A stretch of DNA of 64,000 bases from Ancylonema sp. (taxonomy: Eukaryota). A model generated the notes under the pieces. That model saw only the letters and a list, made by a program, of their open reading frames with translations. It was not told where the DNA came from and searched no databases. Within the stretch, counting starts at the first letter, position 1; each line of letters starts with the position of its first letter. The translations under genes were made by a program, and so were the position numbers. Shown here piece after piece: positions 24,533-41,396 of this stretch. The stretch is taken from the NCBI GenBank assembly GCA_050230475.1, contig JBFLGF010000014.1, positions 1 through 64,000 of the forward strand, in the 5' to 3' direction.

Positions 24533-25131
24533 CAGTGCTCCCTCGATATAACGACAACCTCGGTATAACGACAGTTTTTTGGAACTTTTTTAATATCAAT
24601 ATGAATCGCCCTCGATATAAGCATAACGACACTCTATATAATGACAAATTGTTTCAAAAAAAATGTCACCGAATGTCGTTATAGTGTGTATATAACGCTA
24701 TTGCTCGCAGATAACGATGTATGGAAATCGAGAAAAATATAGAACGGCACCTCAAATTCTGTATAGAATTCTATATAGGTCCAATAGAAGTGCGTGTCCG
24801 GTGTTGCTTTGTAACCACCTTAATACCTCCCCAACTCTCCTCGTAAAATTTTGTGGTATATTTTGTTCATCCGCATGTATTGGTACGCGATTGTATAGCT
24901 CGTATATCAATACACACGCTGAATTAAATAATCATGCCAAGGCAACTTACTCTAGGAAACACATAATAAACACATTTGCTTATTCACTTTGCTTCATTCG
25001 CAAAGTCCCTCGATACAACGACATAGATTTCAGATTATAGTAGTAAATGTCGTTATACAGTGTATAACGACACCTCGATATAACGACACTTTTATGGATA
25101 ATTTTTTTGTCGTTATATCGAGGGAGCACTG
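24533..25131. mobile_element. Tc1/mariner (pogo-like) MITE
   Basis: Perfect TIR CAGTGCTCCCTCGATATAACGAC, TA target duplication on both sides, and internal repeats of the cctcgatataacgac motif. Confidence 0.9.
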
Positions 25132-25274
25132 TACAAGGATAATTGGACACCCTAGAGAAACAAAACAACGAAATCATACTCCAGCCTAACACACCCGAGC
25201 AACAATCCGTAAGTCCGTAGACGACAACATGAGAAAGGTTCACGAAGAAAGTTGACGTGGTTCGAAGGGACATA

Positions 25275-25515
25275 CAGTACTCGCCACACATAATGGCCCT
25301 CAAATAATTATAAGAAAAGTGAATCGGGTCAAATTACATAATTCGTTATTTTCTTTTACGTGGGTCATTATATAATGTGGGTAACCACAATAAACTCAAT
25401 TGTGGAGTTTGGGAAATTTTCTATTATGTGCGCGGGTTGGGTCAATTGGTGGTTCATTACATACGCATACTAATTCGTTAATTGAAACCCGAGTCATTAT
25501 GTGTGGCCAGGAGAC
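25275..25515. mobile_element. MITE; family shared with 46711-46948
   Basis: TIR core GCCACACATAATG / CATTATGTGTGGC. Internal sequence colinear with the 46.7 kb copy. Confidence 0.7.
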
Positions 25516-26011
25516 GCATAGTCAATGATGAACAAACTTTTGAAACAAAAGGAATTAAAACTCATAAATTCTTCACAAATCAGGATTGCGAATCACACAA
25601 ACGATATCAGGATTTCGGTCAAGTTAACAAAGTGACAAATTTGCACACGGCTTCTGTAGCACAAACAGTGCAATACAATTACATAGTTTGAACGATTATA
25701 ACTATCAGCGCTGACTAGTTTGTGTGTCAGTCTGCGTTGATCGTAACCAACAGCAGAATGACTCAGACTCGTGAGTCTTTTTGGTGCACATTGATGCAGT
25801 CCGCAACAATTCAAGCAAAAAGTGGCCAGCTCTAACGTGGAAGCAAAGAGTTCAACAATGACAATGAGTGCGAAAGCACGAAATCAATAGCGCAACCTTG
25901 GAATACCCGTACTGGCCAAAGATAATGACCATCAAATGATCATGAAAAGGGTCGGTCCAATCAAATCAAATAATATATATATTTTGCAACTGGGTCACAC
26001 ATAATTGGGTC

Positions 26012-26812
26012 TTTTGCAATCTGTCGAAGTTCTGGAAACACCTTGTCATACTCCTCTGTCAGATAGTCCCACATCGCCTTTGGATCTCGTTCAAATTGTT
26101 CAAGTGATGTAGCGATGTCGTCAGTGACAAATTGCATGAGTAGCATGACTGCCTTCTTTGATCTTTTGCGGAAGCTTCTAACATCAAGTGTATACTCCTC
26201 CATTTCTGCTTCATTTGTTGGCCAGTGTTCATCATCATATCTGGCTGTAACCTCAGTTGGAATAGTCTTTGTTTCTTTGCAAATCTCAAGGCACTCAGCA
26301 TCATCAAGAGTAGCTGAGGCCTTAGATCTCCATGCTTGAAAGGTAACTTTATCTCCATCCAGAATGCAGTACCGTGTCTGATACCACTGTGAGAACTTTC
26401 TTCTGCCATCGATGCAAGAATAAAGTTCACTTCTTCTTAATCTCTTTGAATCAAGCAGATCACGTCATTACAAACGTTGACACAATAAAAGTGCAAGTTT
26501 GAAGTAGAAAGTATTGATTGAGGAATTCAGCATGCAAGCTCAGACCTAGTACAGTCGATTGTTGCCTGGTCAAAGAATCTACTGATATCGAAACTACTTC
26601 GTCAACTGCCCATCATATCTAAGCATTCTGCCACATCAACTTGTTCTTATCGACACTTGTGCCAGATGGCCAAGTAATCATTGAAACAAGGACATCGGCC
26701 TGCAGCCGGCCTGCAGCCTGCATTTGCTGAATAACGACAAAACGAAAGCTAAATTCCCGGTATTGCTAAAATCGATATAACGAAAAAAGTTCACAGCCCC
26801 TAAAAACTAACA
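26012..26812 (-). mobile_element. Truncated Copia copy (5' LTR 26388-26812, PBS, 5' gag) of the 41397-45985 family
   Basis: Near-identical to ~45185-45985. PBS TGGTATCAGA at 26377-26386 (minus strand). Breaks off at ~26012. Confidence 0.92.
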
Positions 26813-27454
26813 GCTCCCATTTATTTATTTATTGTTTTTCCCTGTGGGTCCCGCTCCTCTCGCGGATTTTGCTAGCCCGGCTCTGAGCCGCGGCGCGCAT
26901 ATTTTCCGGCTCGGGGACCCACTAGGCCCCAAACTATAATCGACATCCTATTTATCCCCAGAATTCATAGGCAAACCAAAAAGAACAACCCAAACAATTG
27001 CTGTCCGACCAGGTCCCGATCCCGGACCCGGACAGACCGCGTTTCAAAACAAAACGGTACCCATCAAGTAAGTAAGATAAGTATGGTTTACAAGTCACCC
27101 CGGGTTACACAATCTGCACATGCAGGACATGTGGACACATCGACATAAAGACTGGGTATAAAAGAAAATCGCACGTTTGGGCCCATAGATAGTAATAATC
27201 ATCAAATGGAGGGGGGTGACCTTTAAGCTTAACCAGATTGTTACAGAGTTGCAGATTGTTACCTACAAACCATATTCAACTTGGGCCACTATTACTCCGA
27301 GTCAAGTACATCCACATCACCAGATTTTATCACCTCATGCTTTACATTGAGTAGTAGTATTTGATTACTACTACTCATAATAGCATTACGTCAAAGTGGC
27401 ATTCACCACAAAACGGAAACATGGTGGAGGCCCCACAGCTTGGACTCCTTGAGA

Positions 27455-30963
<3,509 letters not shown>

Positions 30964-31305
30964 CGTATCGAGCCTAAAAGATTCAATACTTATAAAAGAG
31001 TGGAGCGAAGTTTCTCGGAGCACGTGATGTTCTCAGGTGTCTGTGATCAAGTTTTCTCGTCAAATTTCAAATATGACTTGCCATGTCTCAACTTTTTTAC
31101 GGGTTGGTTGTCAAAAACCCTGCGCCCTGAACCCTGGCCCTCAAAATGCCCGTTTTCGACTGGCGCCAAATTTAGACCAGCTACTTTCCCCACCTGACAC
31201 CACACCAAACCAGAAAGACCAGCGTCCCCACGATATTTTTTTCAGCCCCCGTACCAGTACTATTACAGTAGTTTTTCTACTTCTGGAGATCTTGGTTCTG
31301 AATTC

Positions 31306-31956
31306 ATGGCTTGTTGTAGCACTTGGCAATGTTGCTCGCTATTCTTGGCAACTATGCCTTCGCAGCCTCACAACAGAGCGTGCTCCTGGAATCTTACTCC
31401 TGGGAGCGGAAATGATACGCGTTCAAGCACGCGTGCGTGTCATTGGAGGAGACCATCGCTCGTGAGACAAAGGACTACAATGCCACACTCAGCCAAGGCC
31501 CTGCCTTCCATAAGCCCCTTCTCGAACAGCCCTTCCGACAGCAAAGACTGTTCCTCCGACGATCAAGACGTCATTGCCTTGCCGAGGTCGGAACTGGTAG
31601 CTGCGCTTGCTATCACGTTGGGCGTTTGTGCAGTATTCCTGAGCGAACCTGCATTCGCCCTAACTCAGATACATGACAAGGCTGGTGTGGAGGTGGACAT
31701 GACAGCCTTAGCTCTGGGTCCAGAAGGTCCCTTAGTGGAAGAATTTTGGGAAAATGTCACCCGCTATGTCGCATACTTTTTTACTGTAGCTACTGGGGGA
31801 GCGTACTCAATAGTGAAGCCCATTACTGGGCTCTTGCGGAAACCAGTTACAGCTTTTTTTGTCATCACAGCTCTCGGTGGTGGCGCTGTTATTACATACC
31901 TCACTCTAAGTGCCATGCTGGGATTGAGTGAGGGTCCGGACCAGTATCAGTTCTGA
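31306..31956 (+). CDS. ycf33: Nucleus-encoded, plastid-targeted Ycf33 family protein (intronless, 216 aa)
   Basis: S/T/R-rich N-terminal transit-peptide-like region. C-terminal GPEGPLVEEFWENVTRY...KPITGLLRKPVTA...LTLSAMLG is typical of plant Ycf33. Confidence 0.85.
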   Translation: MACCSTWQCCSLFLATMPSQPHNRACSWNLTPGSGNDTRSSTRACHWRRPSLVRQRTTMPHSAKALPSISPFSNSPSDSKDCSSDDQDVIALPRSELVAALAITLGVCAVFLSEPAFALTQIHDKAGVEVDMTALALGPEGPLVEEFWENVTRYVAYFFTVATGGAYSIVKPITGLLRKPVTAFFVITALGGGAVITYLTLSAMLGLSEGPDQYQF

Positions 31957-33071
31957 TATATTTGTACATACCATCATCAGTGTACCATGAATAATTTGTG
32001 ACTCTGATCAAGTTTGGTCTTTTGCGAATCATATGATTTTATCTTCTAAGAAGCTCCACAAGTACCAAGACTAAAGATAACAATCATCGATGTAGTTGAT
32101 GCCAGAGACTCGGTGGTAGATATCTCATTCGGATGGAAAGTTTGCCCTAGCGTCTGTGTGTCCAGAGTATCGTTCCAATGCTTGTGCATCGCGGGAGAAG
32201 CAAATGTAGTTCATGCTTCATTCTATTTCATGCCTCGTTTGCGAGTCAAATTGTTCAACGTCCAACATGTATACTTCTGTAGTTTTTGTAGTGTTTGTGG
32301 TGGAAGGCAACACGTGTACAACTGAGATGAGCAACCATTAACATTTATCAAACACTTTGAACCAGAAACTTAATTCTGAGTGCAACCTCCTTGATAGAAA
32401 TTGGGAAATTCTGACTACCTTCGGCTGCTATTGTGTACTTGTTGTTTTGGGCCCTACATACTAGAATGATGAGAAGGAGCTTCTACATATGCTGGAGCCC
32501 ATACAACTTCTCATTTCGTAGTTCGAGAATCGAATCCAGACACAAATGCATTCTGTATGGATGTGGTTGAAGTAGCATATACAAATCATTTACTTGTGGT
32601 TCTGCTCATTTCGTTTAGTTGTTGTGCTTGCCCCACATGGTCACTATTGTACCAGCAGGTAAAGGGACATAGAGAGTGTTTGGTTCAAGCCCCACCCCAC
32701 AATGGTACTTACCCGCGCATGGATGACTGATTCACTCAATTCGAGAAAGTGCACAATATAACCTGTCTGGTCTGAAACCCAACCACACCACACGGTACCT
32801 ATCTTCGAAACCTTAAGGAAGCCCTGAAAAGTTTTTAGTTGACTGGGTTAATAGTAAAAGATCATGACTTGCAAAATGAACTAGCTTGCAGACAAGGTGA
32901 ACCTGACAAGAAAACACGTGATCAGGTTTATATGTGTATAGATGTATATGTATGTAAGTAAATATGTATATGTATATATATGTGTACATATGAGTATAGA
33001 TGAGTATGGGTACCCATTATGGCAAATATATGTACATGTCCAAGGAAGGTTCCATATAACTCCGTCGTACA

Positions 33072-35906
33072 CTACTTATTCTGTCCCGTCACAACTAAGT
33101 GCGTTCGCCCAGCACTGACTTTCTTCATGCCCGTCCCCAATTGCACCCTTGAAGTCTCAGCCAGGGCGACTTCTTTACGATCCGAGTCCACCTTGTCCCA
33201 TGGCCGCGTAGGCCTTGCCGTGGTTTGTCTTTCGCCGTTTACCCACGAATTAATGGAGGAAAGAGCCTGGTTCACGGATTGATGGGTAGGATCGCCGCTG
33301 GATTTGCATGGAGAGAAGGGGTAGATGACTTTCGCCTTGGAAGGTACCTGATCTGCAGGAGGCGAATCCATTCAGATATGAGCGCAATATGTAGATATGG
33401 AACAGAGAATCAACGTATAATAAACAGGATGTGGAAATCCAAGCTTGCAGTTCTCATTTTCTAGTTCAGTGGAAGATGGGTGGTAAGCTCTACATTCCTG
33501 TTGCTAACCTGAGATCAACATGTTTACGGGACGGAGTATATTGGTTGTATTAATCGTAAAGACTGGATTTCGGGCCAGCTGGCCACTTGTGTGACGAGGA
33601 TGTGGCTAAACAATGGAGCTTTCCAGGTCTGCAAAGTGGATGTGTATAGTATACTCATGTGCATGCACATAAAGAGAACATGCGCGCGAGCTCTAGCTGC
33701 TTCACAATCCAGAAGCGTACGAAACTGTGCAGACGGAAATGGGTAGCAGATCTCACTCTCCATTTGCAAATAAGCACACATCTGAGTCCTCTATACTTCC
33801 ACATGCACGCGTACAAATGAAGTACTCATCAATGCCAGATAAGGTACAGTTTTCCCGCACAAAGCAGATTCAATTGAACCTGCCTCACCTACTCAATTTT
33901 CATGCTAAAGTTAGTTCAGCTCATCAAAGCTCAGGTTATTTCCGTATCCCAGCACTGTTGTATTTTATGAGTCAGTAATATCAGTATCAATTCTGTACAA
34001 GTCTTCACCTTTGTTCTCACGGGGGCTCTGTCCATCCCCGATCTTGTGCTTCAAAGGAGTACTCCGCGGGGTCGCTGGCATTGCTGGCGGCAATTGAATG
34101 GCACCTGCTGATCGTTTTCGTGAAGCCCTGAGAGGTTCAGTGGGTTAGTGGGAGACTGTTAGTGTTTGGCATGGTGAATGGCCAAACTCGACGAGAAAAC
34201 AAGAAGGCATATCAGAAATTCTCACAACTCACTTGCGTGCAAGATTTGTGCCACGTATGTGCGTCCTCTCAAATTCTCTGGACGAGAGGGCTGCTGCTCA
34301 CTTTGATTTGATAGGATTTTGCGTAGTTGGCACTGTTGTCCCCCCAGCCTCGAGTCCATTGTGGTTGGTTGCCGAGTCCTACAATAAAAATGGTTTGCCT
34401 CAACCAGAGTTAGCTGTTCATCATGACACCAGATCAGTAAGAATGCATGTGCCATTCGTATGTTGGACATCATTAGTAGACGTGGGAAGTGAAGGGGGCA
34501 ACAACAGTGCATGCCAGAAGAGCATAAAATGGTGATACCATGTCGAGTGGCACAAGGTTTTTCTGGCGTGCCAGCCTCTATTTGACCACCTATCAGATTT
34601 ATTTGACGAGATGTAATAGCTTGGCCTTTAAGTTGAAATGCTTTATCGTCAGCGTTCTACGTCTTTTCAGTAGGGCATGAAAGCATCTGGATAACTAGTT
34701 GGTTGACTTACAAAATTGTCCACAAAAATGGTCGTTTCTCCAAGCCTTGAGCGCTTTGAATGCCGTAGACCCTCATCCAACTGCAACTCCTGCTTCGAGA
34801 CCAAATCCTCTGCAGAGTGACCACGCAGCGTCAACGACAGCATTACTTCTGTATGCACCAGAATGCATATACAGTCTAGCGTACATTGCCAGTGAGATGA
34901 CTAACCATAGGTGCACTTTTTCTCAGCACGTGCATATGGCGGGGAATGTGACAGTTTTGCTCTCTGACACCGCAATAGTCAGCCTGGGGGCGCTGCGCTT
35001 TATGCCCAGCATCTCTGGATGTGAAATATGTGGCGAAATACTTGAGAAACTAAGAAATCGAACCTCCGGGAAGTAGATCAGGCAGCTGGTATGGGATCTC
35101 GAGGGCTTCACCACCGTCGATGCCGTGGACAGGCAGCAGGTCAGAGGGAAACGTCCACAAACTCTCAACCCAGGTTGTAAGTTCACCGCAATCGAGATTC
35201 ATTGGGGCTGCGATAGTTTCTAGAAGGATGTTAGTTGAGAGCCCTAAACAAAAGCTGGATTTTGTCGTACATGTTCGCAAACGTAACAGCAAATTCTCAC
35301 AAAGGCCCCTGCATGACAATGCTATGTAATTTCATCGCACCGCAAAAGTCATCCCACATCTGGTAGCACAACTGTGCGTTCTAATGGTACTACGGCGGTC
35401 TAGATCTAGTATAGGTGCAAGGTGGCTGTTTTGTAATCCAAAATTGGAAGCTGCACTTCACAAAAAAACATGAGTGGATTTGAAATCTGACCTTGAAAAA
35501 TATGGAAACGCTGATGTGGAGGGGTTTAGAGTCGAGACAAGGTTGGCGTGACGTTCTGAGGACAGCGCGAGATCTACGCCTCTTTATCAAATTCAGATTC
35601 TGCAAATATTACACTAGCGAAACGATGCAGCCGAAAGCCTCAGAGACAAATCAGAATGTGTGCAGCAGCCACTGGCAAACTACTGCGTTGACGGCAGAGT
35701 GCAACGACACCTCGTCATCTCTCCAAGTGATGCCACCATGGCAACACCTCTCGGTCGCCAGCCGTAAAGCGTTCTGTTCGCATGCATGCGGAAAAATCGA
35801 TGCTCGATTCTGTTCCACGCGTGGACCACCTTTTTGCTCTTAGTGGCACAACATACTTTTCTCCACGTGGCGAGACTACGTTGAGTTTGCGGCATTCGCA
35901 TGACAT
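33072..35906 (-). CDS. Multi-exon gene, possibly XRI1-like; 5' exon structure unresolved
   Basis: Last exon (33352-33072) KVIYPFSPCKSSG...LSSIN...RPTRP resembles the XRI1 C-terminal domain. Phase-compatible exons at 34104-34009 and ~34378-34233. Further candidate exons near 34.7, 35.1 and 35.5-35.9 kb. Confidence 0.4.
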
Positions 35907-36889
35907 GAAACCAAATCTTTTCCCTGGCTATCATTCGATTGCAAGCAGTCCTTGGCTGTATTAGAGCCGCTTCACGACAAATTCCAAAATCCGCTCGGTC
36001 CTCGTGTGCAATGATGACGCAAGATTATCGACAAGAGATCATCGATTCTCCGACGAACTCTGGGGCGGTTGAACTTAAACCCCCCTAATCAGGGGTTTAA
36101 CCCCGTAAATTCAGGGATCGACGTAAATTGCCAAGGTAGACATGGCCCTTCAGTAGCTTTGAACACAATGGTGCCCCTAAAACTTGCCATTCCAATGAGT
36201 AACTTTGTTTGAAGTATAATTTCGAAATGTTTAGACAAAACGGCACTCACCACGTTTGAAAGGGCCCATGTGCAACCACATTCACTAGATCAGGCATGTT
36301 TGATCCTACATCATATTGGTAAAGGAAGAAAAAAGTTTCCCAACACACATTTGCGCGGATATGAGGTCTATGGAGAAATTAACGATTGGTGTCTAACATA
36401 TTGAAGAAAATAAAATTTGAATTGAAAAAAATGAGAGAACTGTTATAAGCATCGTTGATTGCGTAGTCACTTTATAATCTATCCATCGCCACACTTCTCT
36501 AAACATAGGCACTTATTACCTAGTCTACAAGCAAAAACGTGGTTAAGTAACCCAATAATGGAATCGCTGTCATCACAACTTGGAGGGTAAAGAAGCGTTT
36601 ATAAACAAACGGTCGTGCAACGAAATTGATGACATTGATTAACCTACTCTAATAAAACATAGCTTCCTACATCATCATCACCCTACACATTGGGCCCTCT
36701 TACATCGTTGGGGACCACAAGAGTCGACACAAATATTTCCGAAAGATTATATGTTATCAAAGGGCCAGACGCGCTTTCACATGCCTCATTAATTGTCTCT
36801 ACGCCTTCTAGTGTGATCTCCCAAAGCCACTTGTTTGCTTTCGCATCAAAACCCTCTTGGTCGAAGATGAGGCCGGGGGTTGTGATGTC

Positions 36890-38434
36890 TCAAATCTCGT
36901 CCAAGTCGGGTGCGGATTTGGGCACGCGGTCAAGGTGAGGAAAAGGTTCTTCGAATGATACCAAACTTCCGGCCACCCTTAAGCGTACGAGGGAAGGTTG
37001 TCGAGAGTACAAGCCGGTCTTCACTTGCACAATTCCGGTCACACGCTCCGGGTCAAGTCGGTTCCGCGCCTTCGAATGCACTATCAATAAAAACCACTCG
37101 TCGCACGCCGCATTCACGCCAATTTGAAACAACCGTAGCGCAAGACTTGCGAGTTCCACTTATTGCAGGTCCTCCTCCAACATCTTACATAAACGAGTGG
37201 GCGTTTGCGTGTCCTCGCTGAATGTCTTGAGAGTGGCTGCACATGATACTCAATAAGAGCAAAGTTTATTTCCCATCACTCTTGCAAGCATAAATCTTAC
37301 ACCTCAAATATCAACGTACCATCGGTGAACGGGCCCTTGCCCTCGAGGTAGAGGATGAAAACACTTGGATATAGACCGAGTCCTTTTCGAAGAACCACTT
37401 GTAGAGGTCCACAAGGAGGAGGGACACGTTTGGCCATATGGAGAAATGATTGCTGGCCTTGAAGAGTTTGCGACGGCGGGCAGTGTTCAATCGCAAGCCG
37501 CAACAAAGACTAGGTGATCATATCGCTTCCAGCGTCGCTCCAATAAAGAAGTCTTTGTTTATAATTACGACTCGCCAAAGGTCGGGACCAGTAAACAATG
37601 TTGGTAACGGCAGAATTTAATGAAGACAATATTAATGACGACGGATTTTACTATATATGGTTGTTGTAATGTATTAGCCTTTGTTGGGTCTTTGGCTTGC
37701 GCGTCCCGCACGTGTGCCGCATGCGTGCGCAAATATCGCGCACGGTGCGCAACCTTAGGCGTTAAAATTATATTATTACCCGGGGGTGGGGGGGGGGTAA
37801 CTTCCTACATCCCAGGGGGTGCGGGATGTTTCCAAAATCTTGAAATGTAATTGGTGAACCGGTTTCAAAGCTGCAGTATACAATTTAGGGCCTTAAACGT
37901 TATATCGAACTCCATACAGTGCAAAATGTTCACTACTCACTACGTAGTCAATCTTTGACGTCCGAAAGTCGATTGCTGAAATTGTCCCGGTGCGGCACGC
38001 GTGCCGCACGCGTGCGCAAATCTTGCGTACGGTGCGCGCCCATTTATCAGGTAATAAAATTCCATCAACTAACATGAAAAGTTTCGTCTATCTTCTACGG
38101 GTTACTATATTTTGGTTTCACAAATTCGTGAGAAACTTAATAATAAACATAACACGAAGATAATAACAAGAATGCACAATGGCATGCTTTGTGTGATAGA
38201 TTGATCCAAGTTTTTTGGGTTATACCTTATACTTTTAATTTCACGCGATATATTAAAAAGAAACCTACATTTTCCCTACCATTTCCCTACCGAATTCCCT
38301 ACCGCCTACCGCCGCCCTACTCCCTACCGATACCCAACCTGGCTGGCCACCAAAATTGGTAGGAAAGCGGTATGGGGTAGAAACCGGGTGGAAATCCTCT
38401 ACCGCGGGCCGAAAATGCGGTGTCACCAACCCTA
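36890..38434 (-). mobile_element. hAT transposon remnant (terminus plus C-terminal dimerisation domain), with a nested repeat at 37697-38043
   Basis: ELASLALRLFQIGVNAACDE...HSKARNRLDPERV..IVQVK resembles the hAT dimerisation domain. Terminus TAGGGTTG at 38434 (minus strand). CCTACC subterminal repeats at 38270-38405. Confidence 0.75.
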
Positions 38435-40241
38435 TCCATTGCGGAACCCCCCTAGAGGGGGAGAAGGGCTCCGTTCCCCCCGCGGGGGGTCCCCTTCACC
38501 CGTTTCCCTCTTGCTGCCCCCCGACGAGGCGGGGGAACGGGGGTAGTACGAGGGGACACGAGGTCGCCCCCCCAACGGGGGGTTGGATCGCCCCCCCCCC
38601 GTTTTTCTTGCCAAGTGATGGTTATTTCGATTAAAATTTCGGAATACATTGTACAATTGTAAACATTGTCGCATCCGTCTGAGAGTAATCCAAAACGCTT
38701 GATACCCCACAATACATCCGTACCGTTCGCATTATATGTTGATAAAACCTAGCAAGATGGTTGTGATACGGCGGGGATTTTAGAATGTGGGGGCATGTGG
38801 GAGGCTCGGGTTTCCCCCATTCCCCTTTCCCCCTTTCCGAGCCTTACATATTGGTTTGCTTAACATTTTTTACACGGTTTGACAGAAGTATACACGTGTA
38901 CGATTGTCAATTACGTGTCTTCTTGACGTCACAAGTGTCTGCAATTGTACATCCGTATCCTTTGCGTTAGATGCTACTTTAATTTTATTTTTCGAAATGG
39001 TTTATGTGCTAAATCCGTACGAGATCTACTACCGCATGGTTCCCAAAAAATGAAAAAATCATTCGTTCGGGGGGAAACGGGGGGCGGGGGGAAGAGATGG
39101 TGACGCGGTACTCGTATGGGGGTATCGGGCGGGCTACAACCGCCCCCCCCCCCCCGAGCGGGCGGGGTCACAAGCGTTGAGATATGCTCTGGGGGGGGAC
39201 GGGCCGTGGGGCCCCCGTCGAGTGTGGGACCCATTTAGTTATTGTCATGAAAGGGAGGGTCTCATGAATATTTCTATGTATATTTTTTTGAATATTTGTT
39301 CGATTTGTTAAATTGATGTTTTTGTGGTATGAGTAGTTAGTGAGTATCAGTATGAGTATGAGTACAGGGAGTTGAGTTAAGTTTCGTTTCTATTTTCGCG
39401 GTTCTCAATGAGGCCACGCTTAAATATTGTGTAGACCCTTATAACATGTCTTTTTTTAATGTCACTGTGTTGTAACAATGTGATTTTTTGTTTGGTATCG
39501 ACATGGTCACGTCCACAGTCCATGTGCGAAGTTGTTATGTAAAGGGATCATTTGAGATACACTTTCTCCGTTCCAACATGTTGACATATTCCATAAGCGA
39601 AGAGTATGGTAAATTCCTGAAATTTTGTTTTTTTAGGTGACCATTGTGATCATCGTAGATATTAGAACCAAAGAAAAAAACTTCATAATTGTCAGCATCA
39701 TTAAGGTTTAACCCCTGAATACATTCTCAACCTTATATATTACATTGTTTTTAGGGCCCAAAATTCCAGCCCTAGTTAGGTCTACGGGTCGCCGAGTGGA
39801 TTGGAATAGAGGTTGTGGATTTTACATTTACGTTGAATATCACGCTGTACGTAAATGACCGTTTTGAACGCAAAAAAATCCGTGATCTTACCATTTCCGG
39901 TACATTGTATAGTGTACACGTAATGTATGAGTAATGTAACGGCGATTATACGTGATTACGGTTTTTTCACAAGTATTACAAAATATAATACGGGAAAACT
40001 TCAAATTAGGAGTGTGGCGATGTTTCTTACAACAATGAAGGTACAAAGTTTTGAAAAGAATTTCCATCTTATTGACGGCAATATCGTCATTTCATTCCAT
40101 AGGTCTGGTTTAGTTGAACGCGTTTCAGCATCAGGAGCATTTATTCATAATTTCCGCATTTTCCCTTATTTCACATAATAATTTAATTATTATCAACTTG
40201 GTCCGTTACGGACTTGTGCCTCATCACATATATAGATAATG

Positions 40242-41067
40242 TGTTAGACTCGTATTGAACGACGAGTCTAGATTCTATAAGCAATCTCAGAAACTCGGAT
40301 ATATGCACATGGCAATGGGAAGTGCAAGTAAATAAGGGGAGAATACATGAATTGATCAGGATGCTGAATGAGCACTCCTGATGGGTTTAAATACTAGTAT
40401 GAAACTAGGGTCGGAACTGAACTCGTTATAAAGGAAAACAGAACATACCTCGATATAAGAGCATCCGCTACGGCCTAGCAAATCTTTGAGCATAATTTGG
40501 AGATATGCTCGGTGATGATCAATTTATCATGCGGAAAAATGACATGTGCTTAATTTGTATACGTTACGACCTGAGCATTCTGAAGCAAAATATTTGCCAC
40601 GTAGGCGAACAAGTAGTTTCCGATTGGTATGGATGAAACTCTTAAGTTTTCTGCCACGTAGGCAAACCGTACGGGAATCTGATTGGTCCAGAGGTTATGC
40701 CCAGCCCGATGATTTACGCAAACTTATGAGCATATTTTGGGAAACTTTGCGACAGGATATGCGTAAATCATCCCGCAGAATGTCCTGAGCATAATTATTT
40801 TGATACGCACAAGCCGTAACATTCGCCATTTTGGATGATTTGAGCATATTAATGGCAGAAGTCGAAAATCACGATGATACGCGAGGCCGTAGCGGATGCT
40901 CGAAGACCAAGCTGGAAGTTAGGGCCTAACAAAGGACAAACTGATGACGAAGTGTAATAATCAAATTAGGGCTTAACAACTAGGCAATCTGGATTACAAG
41001 TCAAGAGCAAGCTAAGGGTAGGGCACACTCTAGGGGAACCCTAGTGACAATAGAGGGAGTCCTAATA
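40242..41067 (-). repeat. Probable solo Gypsy LTR, interrupted by a MITE
   Basis: The right end resembles the reverse complement of the start of the 23714 LTR (ctaggggaaccctagtgac...gtcctaata). The left end is TGTTAG. Flanks TAATG/TCATG are a near-match to a 5-bp TSD. Confidence 0.5.
40459..40901. mobile_element. PIF/Harbinger (Tourist-like) MITE
   Basis: Perfect 18-bp TIR GAGCATCCGCTACGGCCT. Flanks TAA/GAA fit a degenerate 3-bp TSD. Confidence 0.8.
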
Positions 41068-41396
41068 TCATGGATGTGTTATGGTAGTTGACGCTTTGAA
41101 CATGGACTTTCTCCTCTGATTCAAAACATGAGCCTCCGAAGTTCGAGCAAAAAAGATCACAAAGTATGGCTTTTCCGAATTGCGCGTTGTTTTTTTTGTT
41201 TTCGTCCACTCATCATTTTTACTAGCAATTACCTCTTTCAAGGTATAACAGCCTAAGTTTCTTAGATGGTTTTAGAAAAGGAAGCGCCCCTTGAGTTCAA
41301 TCATCATGCACTTATGAACACCTCAATAGGATAACATTTTGCTACCTCAACGATCCTCACAACGTACAAGTTACAGACATTAGCACACGTACTATA

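Noticed and set aside
24533..25131. Spaced cctcgatataacgac repeats as a CRISPR-like array
   Set aside because: They are explained as transposase-binding subterminal repeats of a TA-flanked MITE, with irregular spacing and both orientations.
32930..33010. TA/TATG-rich tract
   Set aside because: Ordinary degenerate microsatellite downstream of a gene.
38440..39235. GC-rich G/C-run blocks as structured RNA or long TIRs
   Set aside because: Complementarity is limited to homopolymer runs. No definable termini or RNA family.
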